In this document: positions 11,050 to 23,236 of the stretch, one piece after another
Position numbering within the stretch: the first letter of the stretch is position 1
Layout of the letters: each line of letters opens with the position of its first letter
Source of the DNA: Octopus bimaculoides
Taxonomy: Eukaryota
Length of the DNA stretch: 36,567 nucleotides
Assembly (NCBI RefSeq): GCF_001194135.2
Contig: NC_068986.1
Coordinates: 99,639,480-99,676,046, forward strand
Direction of reading: 5' to 3'
Notes under the pieces: model-generated
Databases searched by the model: none
The model's input: only the letters and a program-made list of their open reading frames with translations
Told to the model about the DNA's origin: nothing
Made by a program: the position numbers and the translations under genes

Positions 11050-12685
11050 TCAGGTTGAGTAAAAAGTAAGAAGCCATGGAGGATTTGTACCGGACTTTTG
11101 CAGAATTACTCTATAATCTTTTATTTGTTTCAGTCATTTGACTGCGGCCATGCTGGAGCGCTACTTTTAGTCGAACAAATCGACCCCAGTATTCATTCTA
11201 TGTAAGCCTAGTATGTATTCTATCGGCCTCTTTTGCCGAACCACTAAGTTACGGAGACGTAAACACACCTGGGTCACTTGTCAAGTGATGATAGGGACAA
11301 ACACGGACACACAAACACACATACACACACACACACACACACGTATATATAAATATATATACATATATATACGATGGGTTTCTTTCAGTTTCCGTCAACC
11401 AAACCCAATCACAAGGCTTTGGTCGGCCCGAAGCAATAGTAGAAGACACTTGCCCAAGGTGCCAGGCAGTAGGACGGAACCCGGAACCATGTGGTTGGGA
11501 AGCAAGCTACTTACTACGCAGTCACTTGTCTGATAATACAGACATAGACTCGCCCAAATGCATCATTAAATTAAAATTGATATTTTTGGCACCGTTGCTA
11601 CAATCATCTGAAATGAAACTGTCAAAGCGCGATATTCGAGCAATTTTGCTATTCAACTTCAAGCAACGAGGTAAAGCAGCGAAAACTGCTAGCGATATCA
11701 TCGAAGCATTTGGCGAGGAAATGACCAGTGATTGGTCAGCTAAAAAATGGTTTAAACGATTCTAAGTGGAATGCTGAGCCTCGAAGATCGTGAGGGTAGT
11801 AGACGCACATCTGTCATCGATGACGGTTAATTAAAGTCCTTCATTGAGAATGACCCAGGTAAAACAACTCTAGAACTGGCAAAAGACGAAGAAGTTAGTC
11901 AGAAAACTGTCAGCAGCCATTTGCATGAGATCGGAAAATCAAAAACAACAACAAAAAAAAAGGTACTATTTGAATGAAAGTCAGAAAATGCGCAGATATG
12001 AAATTTGCTCGTCGCTTCTCCGTGACTAGACCGATTCATTTCTCGACAGTATTGTAACTTGCGATGAAAAGTGAATTCTGTACAATAATAATAAAAAAAA
12101 AAAAAAACATTGTTCGCAGTGGTTGGCTCAAAATGAAGCACCGAAAACCTTCCCTAAACCCGAGCTCTTCAAAAAGAAAGTTATGGTGACTGTTTGGTGG
12201 TGCATTTCTGGACTCATCCCCTATAATTTCTTAAAACCCGGAAAAGCCATTACTGCAGAAACATGTTACCGTAAAATTACCAAAATGAACGAAAAACTGC
12301 TGCTCCTCATTCCCAGACTGGTTAGCAGAAGACTCGTAATCATTATTCATAGCAATGCTCGACCACTCATTTTACGATTGACGCCCTAGAAGTTGAGAGA
12401 ACTTGGCTACGAAATTCTTCCCCAACCAGCTTATTCCCCAGACCTTTCTCCTACCGACTACCACTTTTCCAAATACCTTGATGGTTTCCTGAGAGAGAAT
12501 GAGTCCAAAAATCAAACCAATGCCGAAAGTTCGTTCAAAGAGTTCATCAGTTCCAGTACTTCACATTTTTATGTTAGCGGAATAAACAAACTTGTAACTC
12601 GTTGGCAAAAAAAATTCCGCATTGTTGAAATATATTGTGATTAATTTCATGTTTGAAAGCGTTGCTTACTTTTTACTCAACCTGA
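11050..12685 (+). mobile_element. Full-length defective mariner (Hsmar1/cecropia-like), copy 1, with a nested SINE
   Basis: Perfect 23-bp inverted termini including the TA TSD (tatcaggttgagtaaaaagtaag 11048-11070; cttactttttactcaacctgata 12665-12687). Relic MKLSKRDIRAILLFNFKQ..., IVTCDEK*, KKVMVTVWW, HSNARP, YSPDLSPTDYHF. Confidence 0.95.
11108..11525 (-). mobile_element. SINE family A inserted in the 5' UTR of mariner copy 1
   Basis: Homologous to 18459-18834 and 34241-34663; splits gcagaatt|gtctgataa, which is contiguous in mariner copy 2 (gaaattgtctgataa). Confidence 0.92.
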
Positions 12686-13031
12686 TATATCTATATATAC
12701 ATATATGCTTTCTATAATTTGCTACTGAAGCAATATTATTCCTCAGGACCTAAAGTGTTGGTGCAGTGAATTTTACAGTCATCTTTATTGGAAACTCTCT
12801 GCTGAGGAAAGCTGACAGCAACTGCGACGATTTCGATTAAACCAAATAGATCTAATGAATTGAACCCATTTTGCTAACAACTTTTCAGCCACGGGTCACT
12901 TTTGAGCTTTTGGAATGTATTCAAGTAAAAACAAAACATATACATGTATATGTATGTATATATACCTATATNNNNNNNNNNNNNNNNNNNNNNNNNNNNN
13001 NNNNNTATACATGCATGCATACATACACACA

Positions 13032-13065
<34 letters not shown>

Positions 13066-13075
13066 CATACATGCA

Positions 13076-13268
13076 TGTTGTTGTTGTTGGCACTCTGTTG
13101 CTTACGACGTCGAGGGTTCCAGTTGATCCGATCAACGGAACAGCCTGCTCGTGAAATTAACGTGCAAGTGGCTGAGCACTCCACAGACACGTGTACCCTT
13201 AACGTAGTTCTCGGGGATATTCAGCGTGACACAGTGTGACAAGGCTGACCCTTTGAATTACAGGCACA
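13076..13268 (-). mobile_element. SINE family B, 3' half only
   Basis: Near-identical to the reverse complement of about 1860-2045; embedded in ATAC/CA repeats. Confidence 0.92.
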
Positions 13269-13449
13269 TCATACATGCATACACACATACACACATACAC
13301 ACACAGATATATATTTATATATACGCAATTAAGTACAAGAATGGCCATTACATTGATACTACGTAATCTTCCCTTTTAATGTTTATAATTGATACCTACA
13401 CACATTTTAGCTATTTTGCTTATGATATCATATTGGAATTCTGAAATAT

Positions 13450-14175
13450 TTAAAGGCCACATTTAAAGCATCGTGGAACTCTGCCTTCTACCCATACTCT
13501 CAGTACTATTTCTCCTGACGACACCGTCTCCACCAAATTTTCCAGCTGCTTCGCTTCCGCTTGTATGCTGATTTCCAATGTTTTTCCACTATATCTTCCT
13601 TCCTCCGTCTATATAGCTTGGAGGACAGCCACCTCCTCCTCACTTCCAACGGGGACGGCTGCCGCAACCCAAGCCACTTCTACATCGAGTGGAATTACTT
13701 TTACCTTCCCCTTACAAGTTTTTCTTCCAAGGTACCTGGGTAGAAGAACTACCTCCTCCGTTTTTACAGTTGCACTCGCCAACCTCTTTGCCTCCTCCGC
13801 TGTCCTAAACTGGACAACCACCGTCCCATATCCATTTCCTTTCGCTGTGTATGTCACTTCCTTCGAAAGCCCCTTCAGTGCTTTTTCTACTTTTTCCATC
13901 TCCATCCGCTCCACCTTCCTTTTCTCCACTGCGTACACCTTGTAGGTAATGGTCTTCTTTTCCATATTTTCCATGACCCTTTTCGGGGGTAATAACTTTT
14001 ATTCACCGCCCACCTACTGTGTCATCTTACACAGCTCCTTCAGTCCGGCAATGTCCACCTCCCTTTTCTTCACCTCTGCAGCCTCAGCAAAACTCTTTAC
14101 TCTTTCCAAATGCTCGTCCATTCTATTTACCGCCTTAAAGAGCTCCTCCTCCGCTTAGGACAGCTCATAATCGCT
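13450..14175 (-). pseudogene. L1/Tx1-like non-LTR retrotransposon ORF1 relic (RRM-like region plus start of CCHC knuckle)
   Basis: One frame over 242 codons with 4 internal stops (14155, 14014, 13999, 13609). Motifs YGTVVVQFRTAEEAKRL, LLPRYLGRKTCKGKVKVIP and VWVEGRVPRCFKCGL*; GC-richer than flanks; upstream part lost in a gap. Confidence 0.7.
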
Positions 14176-14782
14176 NNNNNNNNNNNNNNNNNNNNNNNNN
14201 NNNNNNNNNNNNNNNNNNNNNNNNNNNNNNNNNNNNNNNNNNNNNNNNNNNNNNNNNNNNNNNNNNNNNNNNNNNNNNNNNNNNNNNNNNNNNNNNNNNN
14301 NNNNNNNNNNNNNNNNNNNNNNNNNNNNNNNNNNNNNNNNNNNNNNNNNNNNNNNNNNNNNNNNNNNNNNNNNNNNNNNNNNNNNNNNNNNNNNNNNNNN
14401 NNNNNNNNNNNNNNNNNNNNNNNNNNNNNNNNNNNNNNNNNNNNNNNNNNNNNNNNNNNNNNNNNNNNNNNNNNNNNNNNNNNNNNNNNNNNNNNNNNNN
14501 NNNNNNNNNNNNNNNNNNNNNNNNNNNNNNNNNNNNNNNNNNNNNNNNNNNNNNNNNNNNNNNNNNNNNNNNNNNNNNNNNNNNNNNNNNNNNNNNNNNN
14601 NNNNNNNNNNNNNNNNNNNNNNNNNNNNNNNNNNNNNNNNNNNNNNNNNNNNNNNNNNNNNNNNNNNNNNNNNNATATATATATACACTAAGGGTGATAA
14701 ATTGAATATTAATTTCAATTTAAAACCAGTGGTCTAGCATATTAAAAAAATCTGATCATTCAGAAAAATTGTATTACATGCG

Positions 14783-15227
14783 TATAAAAAGGGATGGCCA
14801 CTAAATGGACATCCAATATGCTAGAAAGAGGTCATCAACGATCCAACCACAAAGGAAAATAATGTTCACCAGAAAAAAAATCAGCAAACACCAGAGCAAA
14901 GGCGGGCAAGACAAAATGAAAAATATACAAAATATAGAATTAATCGTGTACCGGTTTCGCCATCAACTTTTTTACTTACGTAACAAACGTTCGTGGTTCG
15001 TCAGCACAATCGTTCTAAAATCAATATAATTTGCAGAACTATACATGAATTGTCTTCGTAAAATTTGACGTGTGTACAGTTCTACCGATTACATTGGGGT
15101 TATTTTCAAATGTCTCAGCTCCGGCGCTGAATTTTTTTCTGGAGAACATTTTTTTCTATGTGGTTGGGTCGTTGACGACCTCTTTCTAGCATATTGGATG
15201 TCCAGTGAGTGGTTATCCCTTCTTATA
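14783..15227. mobile_element. MITE-like fold-back element with about 102-bp TIRs, TA-flanked
   Basis: 14783-14885 matches the reverse complement of 15126-15227 (shared core tggacatccaatatgctagaaagaggtc); about 240-bp non-coding interior. Confidence 0.8.
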
Positions 15228-15297
15228 TGTATATATATATATATATATACATATTTGTTTTGCAAGATTTTTGATGTGAAATCGTGTGTTGAAACAG

Positions 15298-15642
15298 ATG
15301 TTGTTGTACTTGGGGATGGTCATATTGCCAGTTTAGCCAATAAAAACATACGCACTGTATATTTGGTGTTAATTTGCTTCAGCTTTATATTACATTAATC
15401 TTAATCTTATTTCGGCCAGAGTTCTAACCTTGCTAACTTCAGTTAGCAAGGTGAGACACACATAAGAAAGAAGGAAACAAAGGACCACTGATGAGGTCAC
15501 AGAAGTGTGACGAAAGAACTCTGGCCGAAATAAGATTAAGATTAATGTAATATAAAGCTGAAGCAAATTAACACCAAATATACAGTGCGTATGTTTTTAT
15601 TGGCTAAACTGGCAATATGACCATCCCCAAGTACAACAACAT
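15298..15642. repeat. Perfect 128-bp inverted repeat (15298-15425 / 15515-15642) with a structured 89-bp spacer
   Basis: Arms read as exact reverse complements; the ORF track shows the same peptide tail [32 protein letters not shown] on both strands. Confidence 0.97.
15482..15526 (+). ncRNA. Minimal type I hammerhead-ribozyme-like motif (possibly Penelope-associated)
   Basis: GGACCA-CUGAUGA-G-GUCACA(GAAG)UGUGAC-GAA-AG(AA)CU-C-UGGCC: core CUGANGA and GAAA, 6-bp stem II, 2-bp stem III, CUC triplet, 5-bp bulged stem I. One extra G after A9; activity untested. Confidence 0.55.
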
Positions 15643-15737
15643 GTATATATATATTTTTACATATACACATATATATGTATATATATGCATATATATGAAT
15701 ATATATATACATGTATATATATATGTATATATATCCA

Positions 15738-15780
<43 letters not shown>

Positions 15781-18032
15781 NNNNNNNNNNNNNNNNNNNN
15801 NNNNNNNNNNNNNNNNNNNNNNNNNNNNNNNNNNNNNNNNNNNNNNNNNNNNNNNNNNNNNNNNNNNNNNNNNNNNNNNNNNNNNNNNNNNNNNNNNNNN
15901 NNNNNNNNNNNNNNNNNNNNNNNNNNNNNNNNNNNNNNNNNNNNNNNNNNNNNNNNNNNNNNNNNNNNNNNNNNNNNNNNNNNNNNNNNNNNNNNNNNNN
16001 NNNNNNNNNNNNNNNNNNNNNNNNNNNNNNNNNNNNNNNNNNNNNNNNNNNNNNNNNNNNNNNNNNNNNNNNNNNNNNNNNNNNNNNNNNNNNNNNNNNN
16101 NNNNNNNNNNNNNNNNNNNNNNNNNNNNNNNNNNNNNNNNNNNNNNNNNNNNNNNNNNNNNNNNNNNNNNNNNNNNNNNNNNNNNNNNNNNNNNNNNNNN
16201 NNNNNNNNNNNNNNNNNNNNNNNNNNNNNNNNNNNNNNNNNNNNNNNNNNNNNNNNNNNNNNNNNNNNNNNNNNNNNNNNNNNNNNNNNNNNNNNNNNNN
16301 NNNNNNNACACACACACACACACACACATATGTAAGTATGTATATATATATATGTGAGAAAGATTTCCAAAATATCTCTACGAGTGTCTACATATGTATA
16401 GAGAAATTTGACAGAACACATTATTTATGCTTTTTTGAAAATTTTCTCATTTATAGCTTATATTTTTTTATTTTACTGTTTAAATACTCTATTACTGTTA
16501 CATTTCGATTATTATGACAGCTGAATCAATCAAACCGACCTATATTTTCAAGTTCTCCAACAAACACATTTAAAAAAAAATATTCATATTCGTTGCGAAA
16601 ATAGCTTTAGACAGCCAATGCCATTGCAACAAAATGGCACATAAAACCAGCAATCAATCTCAGTGATGTATTTGCAATTGATGGTAAAACATATTTAGTC
16701 GAAAATATATATGAAATCCTATGTGATAAATGGAAGCGATGAAACATTTGGAAACCGAATATCGGCATTAGCAAGAAGATATGAATAACTACAGCAGTAT
16801 TTTACTAATGTGATTCATAAATTCTAATGGGGTTTCTACTGAGAAACACTAATCGGGCTATTGATTTATGATTAAATATCTATTCTCTTTGTGTTTGTTT
16901 TCATTAGTATTTTCATAAAGTAAGAAAATAAATATCAAACGCATAATAAAGTTAGTTATACTATGATGTCAGTCTTTCTGGCAATAATTGCTTTCGTTTT
17001 ATGCTTCACTCGGAGATATTGAATGATTCTATAATTTTCAGTCCCATGGTCTTTGGAGAGTAGTAAAGAGATCATTTACTATATTGGCTGCCCCCACTCG
17101 TCTCATCATGTCTCAATAACAAACGTGACAAATTATACAGGTCGTGATAATCGTCGCTGGGTCAACTAACAGTAAGTATAGTTTGCTAAATGTAATGGAA
17201 AGCAAATACCAAAATAAAACAACTCGCGAATATAAATAGTAAAAGAAATATTTTCAATCTATTTGTGTTGAGAGAAGCGCTTCGACTGCAGATTCATTCA
17301 GCCGTAGAGAAAGGAAATCGAAGTTGTTGGAATATTCCTACAATATTTGTTTTAGTATTGCAGATAATGTGACAGTAATTGAATACATATAAATAAAGAA
17401 TAAAATTAAATATACAGATATCTTGTTAGGTTCTGTCAATGCTTTCTTTGTAAAGACATATTGAGAATAAATTACATATAAAAATAATTTACAGAAATAC
17501 GCATTACGGAATCTTAATATTATTTTGACAGATCAGATGGAAAGAGCTCTCTCGGTTAATCTGAAACACAAGCACCAAGCAAGCAATTGATAATTGGTTC
17601 GAATAATGTCGGCAGAAATCTTGTCTTTTTTTTAAACTTAAATTCTCACGTATTCGTATTCAAATTTATACACTCGGTTTCACTACACACACAAACACAC
17701 ACATACACACACACACGCACACACACACACACACATACACGTATGTATATGAAATAATTAGTTCGTTTTAAGTCAAATTATATAATAAAATAACCGCAGT
17801 ATGATTCAACACTTGATTGAGTCACAAAGCAATATATAAATTAATACGTCAAACCTATCTATACGCCACCTACTTATCATTCACTTAGATCTTAGATCTT
17901 AGCTGTTCCATAAACGACTTCTCAAAGAATATGTGAAGCTAAAATGAACCGAAATAAGGCACATTCTAACGAAAGCAAGCAACCCAAAACTTCAAAATCA
18001 AATTTGACCTGTAAACAATTTACATGCGCACG

Positions 18033-18172
<140 letters not shown>

Positions 18173-18458
18173 CACATATATATAGATCACAGATGAAATC
18201 CAAATATTCTCTGTATAGAAAACACTTATTCGTGCTCAAAAGATTCATACTTAGACTCCCATGTCTTTACAGGGGATCATTCCACAAGCTAAAGGAAAGG
18301 CTGTAAGAAGGATCATGTTGAACTGGTACAGAAGCAATTAAGCGGATAAACAAATTAGACACATAAAATATGTTAAATATATTGAATACATCAAATATAA
18401 AATATGTGTATATGTATAGGAGAGAAAGCAAAAAGTGGAAATTTCGAGATGAATATAT

Positions 18459-18834
18459 ACTCTTTTACTTGTTTCAGTCATTTGACTGTGGCCATGCTGG
18501 AGCACCGCCTTTAGTCGAGCAAATCAACCCCGGGACTTATTCTTTGTAAGCCCAGTACTTATTCATTCTATCGGTCTCTTTTGCCGAACCGCTAAGTTAC
18601 GGGGACATAAACACACCAGCATCGGTTGTTAAGCAATGCTAGGGGGACAAACACAGACACATACACACACACATATATATATATATACATATATACGACG
18701 GGCTTCTTTCAGTTTCCATCTACCAAATCCACTCACAAGGCTTTGGTCGGCCCGAGGCTATAGTAGAAGACACTTGCCCAAGGTGCCACGCAGTGGGACT
18801 GAACCTGGAACCATGTGGTTGGTAAGCAAGCTAC
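18459..18834 (-). mobile_element. SINE family A, head truncated by an assembly gap
   Basis: actcttttacttgtttcagtcatttgactg...gccgaaccgctaagttacgggg...(CA/TA)n...gacgggcttctttcagtttcc...ggtaagcaagctac. Confidence 0.93.
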
Positions 18835-19035
18835 NNNNNNNNNNNNNNNNNNNNNNNNNNNNNNNNNNNNNNNNNNNNNNNNNNNNNNNNNNNNNNNNNN
18901 NNNNNNNNNNNNNNNNNNNNNNNNNNNNNNNNNNNNNNNNNNTACACAGAATACAAACGATAGGGAGAATGGAAGGGGAGGAAGAGAGGTGTTATAAGTC
19001 GAGCAGCTGTTTCTTTGGATTCGGCGATCCATACT

Positions 19036-19373
19036 GTTGTTCGCACTCCGTCGCTTACGACGTCGACGGTTCCAGTTGATCCGATCAACGGAACAGCCCG
19101 CTCGTGAAATTAACGTGCAAGGGGCTGAGCACTCAACAGAAACGTGTACCCTTAACGTAGTTCTCGGGGATATTCAGCGTGACACAGGAAGAAAGAATGA
19201 GAGAAAGTTGTGGTGAAAGAGTACAGCAGGGTTCGCCACCATCCCCTGCCGGAGCCTCATGGAGCTTTAGGTGTTTTCGCTCAATAAACACTCACAACAT
19301 CCGGTCTTGGAATCGAAACCGCGATCCTATGACCGCGAGTCCGCTGCCCTAATCACTGGGCCATTGCGCCTCC
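19036..19373 (-). mobile_element. SINE family B with intact tRNA-like head and a 44-bp internal deletion
   Basis: Reverse complement begins ggaggcgcaatggcccagtgattagggcagcggactcgcggtcataggatcgcggtttcgattcc; possible decayed TSD cgatccatact / cgatcgatgct. Confidence 0.92.
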
Positions 19374-19511
19374 ACGATCGATGCTAATATTGGTAGATAT
19401 ATCACAATGTGTGGCCCTATGGATGCAATTAACAGGGGACGAGACCAAGTCACCCTCATCGGGATAGAGATCTTACATTTCAGATCTTAATGCATTAAGT
19501 ATATATATAAA

Positions 19512-19865
19512 TGATCTCATACCCCTAACATTTGGGCTCCTAATTCCCCAGACCTGAATCAATTCGACAATTACATAAGGAGCGTTGTTGAGTGAGAGGT
19601 CAATGAACACGCCCATAACACCAAAGATTCTTTGAAAGCTGCTATAGTCAGAATGATGTCCAAAATGAACCAGGGCCACTTGATTCGTGCATGTAGAGGA
19701 TTTAGATCTAACATAGAAACATTTGTTGCAGCTGAAGATGGATGGCTTTATTGAATAAAATTATAGAAAACGTTTATTGTCATCCTCATAGTATTTTTTA
19801 TTAAAAAAGGTTGTTATATATCTGTTTTCTTTTATAAACATAAATCTGTCCTCAAATATCTTACG

Positions 19866-19872
<7 letters not shown>
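19512..19872 (+). mobile_element. 3' fragment of a second, diverged maT-like transposon
   Basis: PNIWAPNSPDLNQFDNYIRSVVE*EVNEHAHNTKDSLKAAIVRMMSKMNQGHLIRACRGFRS...; homologous at protein level to the C-terminus of 5177-6455. Confidence 0.8.
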
Positions 19873-19911
<39 letters not shown>

Positions 19912-19998
19912 GCACACACACACANNNNNNNNNNNNNNNNNNNNNNNNNNNNNNNNNNNNNNNNNNNNNNNNNNNNNNNNNNNNNNNNNNNNNNNNNN

Positions 19999-20048
<50 letters not shown>

Positions 20049-20890
20049 GTACATATGTGCGTGCGTGAGTGAAATTAGCTTATGAAATGTAATAAGATTA
20101 TGCATACAAAATTCATTAAATACTCTAACAGGAAATCTGTTAACCAATTTCATATTGATTTGTTCATAGTCTATATCAGGGCATTCACTTAGTACATATA
20201 GTCTGTGAACATACATTATGGTGAGAAATGGAAAACAATTATCAATTGATTAATTCTTCTGCGGCTTGAGAAGAAATTAAATAAAACACACAATAGAACA
20301 GAATCTAAATATGTAATTACAACACGATCGTGCATGAAATATTACCTATTCTATTCTTCACAATAATAAAAAAGAACCTTGTCCTATATGGTGCAAGCGG
20401 TGCAACAGGAAATTGGTTAATGCTAGCTATAATAACTATGTTACTGAAAATATGTATTCGTTGATATACCAGTTGTCGACATTGAAGTCCGCAAAACTAT
20501 TATATTTTGGACAAAAACAGTAAAAGGAACAGAACACTGGGGCGTGAAATATGTTTGCAAACAGATGACATCAAAAACTAGAGCCGAAAGAAGAGCCTAA
20601 CGGAACATATGTAAGTATAGAACTGCAGAGTGTTAGCAAGTGAAAAACTTGACACAGGAAAGGCATCAAACAGATGGGTTATATTGCTATACGCATCTTT
20701 ATATATGAAGAAGTTATTCTTTTAGGCACATTTCATAAAAATCATTCAGTTTTTCATATCAGGGGTTTGCATTTAGGGAAAAATATCGCCCGTAAATATA
20801 TATACATGTATATATATGCAGTGGCGATATGTATATGTATATATATATATATATATATACATATCGCCCCTGCATATATATATTTTGGGG

Positions 20891-22072
20891 GAAATTGTCT
20901 GATAAAACAGACATAGACTTGCCCAAATGCATCAATAAATTAAAATTGAGATTTTTTTCACTGTTGCTGCAATTATCTGAAACGGAACTGTCAAAGCTCG
21001 ATATTCAAGCAATTTTACTATTCCACTACGAAAAAGCAGCTGAAACTGTTTGTGATATCAAAGAAACGTTTGGTGAGGAAATGATCAGTGAATGGTCAGC
21101 TCGGAAATGATTTAAACGATTTCGCAGTGGGGAGCTGTGCCTTGAAGACTGTGGGCGTAGTGGACGCCCATCTGTCATCGATGACGGTTAATTAAAGACC
21201 GTCATTGAGAAAGACCCACGTAAAATCACTCGAGTACTGGCAAAACATTTACAAGTTAGCCAGAAAACTGACTGCAAACATTTGCATGCGATCGGAAAAT
21301 CACCCCCTCCCCCCAAAAAGACTTTTTGACAAATGGATACGATTTGAATAAAAGTCAGAAAATGCGTTGATATGAAATTTGCTCGTAGCTTCTCCGTGAC
21401 GAGACCGATTCATTTCTCGACAGTATTGTAACTTGCGATGACAATTGAATTCAGTACAATAATAAAAAAACGTTCTTCGCAGTGGTTGGATCAAAATGAA
21501 GCACCGAAAACCTTCCCTAAATCCGAGCTCTTCAAAAAGAAAGTTATGGTGACTGTTTGGTGGTGTACTGCTGGAGTCATCCCCTATAATTTCGTAAAAA
21601 CCGGAAAACCCATTACTGCAGAAACATGTTACCATAAAATTACCAAAATGAACGAAAGATTGCTATTCCTCATTCCCAGACTGGTTAGCAGAAGACGCTA
21701 AATCATTCGTCATGGCAATGCTCGACCACTCATTTCACTAACAAGGCTCCAGAAGTTTACAGAGCTTGGTTACGAGGTTCTTCCCCCACTCAGCTTATTC
21801 CCCAGACCTTTCTCCTATCGACTACCACATTTTCAAGCACCTTGATGGTTTTTTGCATGAGAAAAATTTCGAAAATCAAACCGATGCTGACAGTGAGTTC
21901 AAATTTCCATAACTCCAGAATATTGTTACTGGAATAAACAAACTTGTAACTCATTGGCAAAAATGTTGTAATTGTAATGGTACATTTTTGATGAATAAAA
22001 TTTCCGCATTGTTGAAATATATTGTGATGAATTTCATGTTTGAAAACGCTTCTTGCTTTTTACTCAACCTGA
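20891..22072 (+). mobile_element. Defective mariner, copy 2 (same subfamily as 11050-12685), 5' TIR missing
   Basis: Colinear with copy 1 from ttgtctgataa to ctttttactcaacctga; FKRFRSGELCLEDCGRSGRPSVIDDG*LK; KKVMVTVWW; HGNARP. Confidence 0.95.
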
Positions 22073-22094
22073 TCTATCTATCTATCTATCTATA

Positions 22095-22165
<71 letters not shown>

Positions 22166-22457
22166 ACACATACATACATACATACATACATACATACATA
22201 CATACATAATTTACTATGTTATTTTATATTATACAGTGACTAATCATCGTGAGGGAAAAAAAACCTAGTACAAACTATTTGTATTCAGTTCATTTCGATA
22301 GAAGCATCAAACCTATATGTTTAAGTTAGCTATTTATATTGTTTTACGCATTTATAGCGAAAATAGCATTAGGCGACAGATCCTATTAGTAGAAAATTGA
22401 TCTACATAATCAGGCTGGCTGCTGTAGTGCAATGAATGTTAATACACATGCATTGCA

Positions 22458-22489
<32 letters not shown>

Positions 22490-22917
22490 TCGTATTGAAA
22501 GTGCTATATTTAATGAATGAGATACTACGCATACGCAAATACATCCAATATATAAAAATAAATTTCCTACTCGTACAGGAACATATAAATATTTACTTAT
22601 TCGGTTAATGCCTTCTGCCATTACTTTCAATTTCACTAATACACTATCAATCATACTGGCTATAATAGTAAATAGTAACATGGATTGTTGTTCAGCGTGG
22701 ATATATGATGGATTAGAGTATTTGTATGCTGTAAAATAACGACGGAAGGCGTTTGACGAATAAATATTACTGCACTTTACACCATGTTCGAGTATATTTT
22801 CACTTGCCCCTATCAAACAACACACACAAACATACATACAGATGTACACACACAGACACACACATATCCATACAAGCATATATATGTATGTATGTATGTA
22901 TGTATGTGTGTCTCTCT

Positions 22918-22965
<48 letters not shown>

Positions 22966-23236
22966 TAAGATTATTAATAATAATACGTTTACCAAGTGGT
23001 CAGTACGTTAAAAACCATTCTAGGTAATTTATACAAATATTCTGTAATTATAATGCATAATTATAATGAGGGGTCGGCTAATTGCCTCGCCATGAACTGA
23101 ATTAGAAATAGACGCGTACATATTTATTCCAACACTTGCAAATTTATATTAGAAACAGAGGAAAGTCCAATAGAAAAGGTAGACAGAGGAATAAAAAAAT
23201 CGGCAATGATTCACATGTGGTTACATTTTATTTGTC

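Noticed and set aside
16591-16615. Motif aaaatagcNttagRc recurring near 7017, 16597 and 22360
   Set aside because: Too short and AT-rich; flanks do not align.
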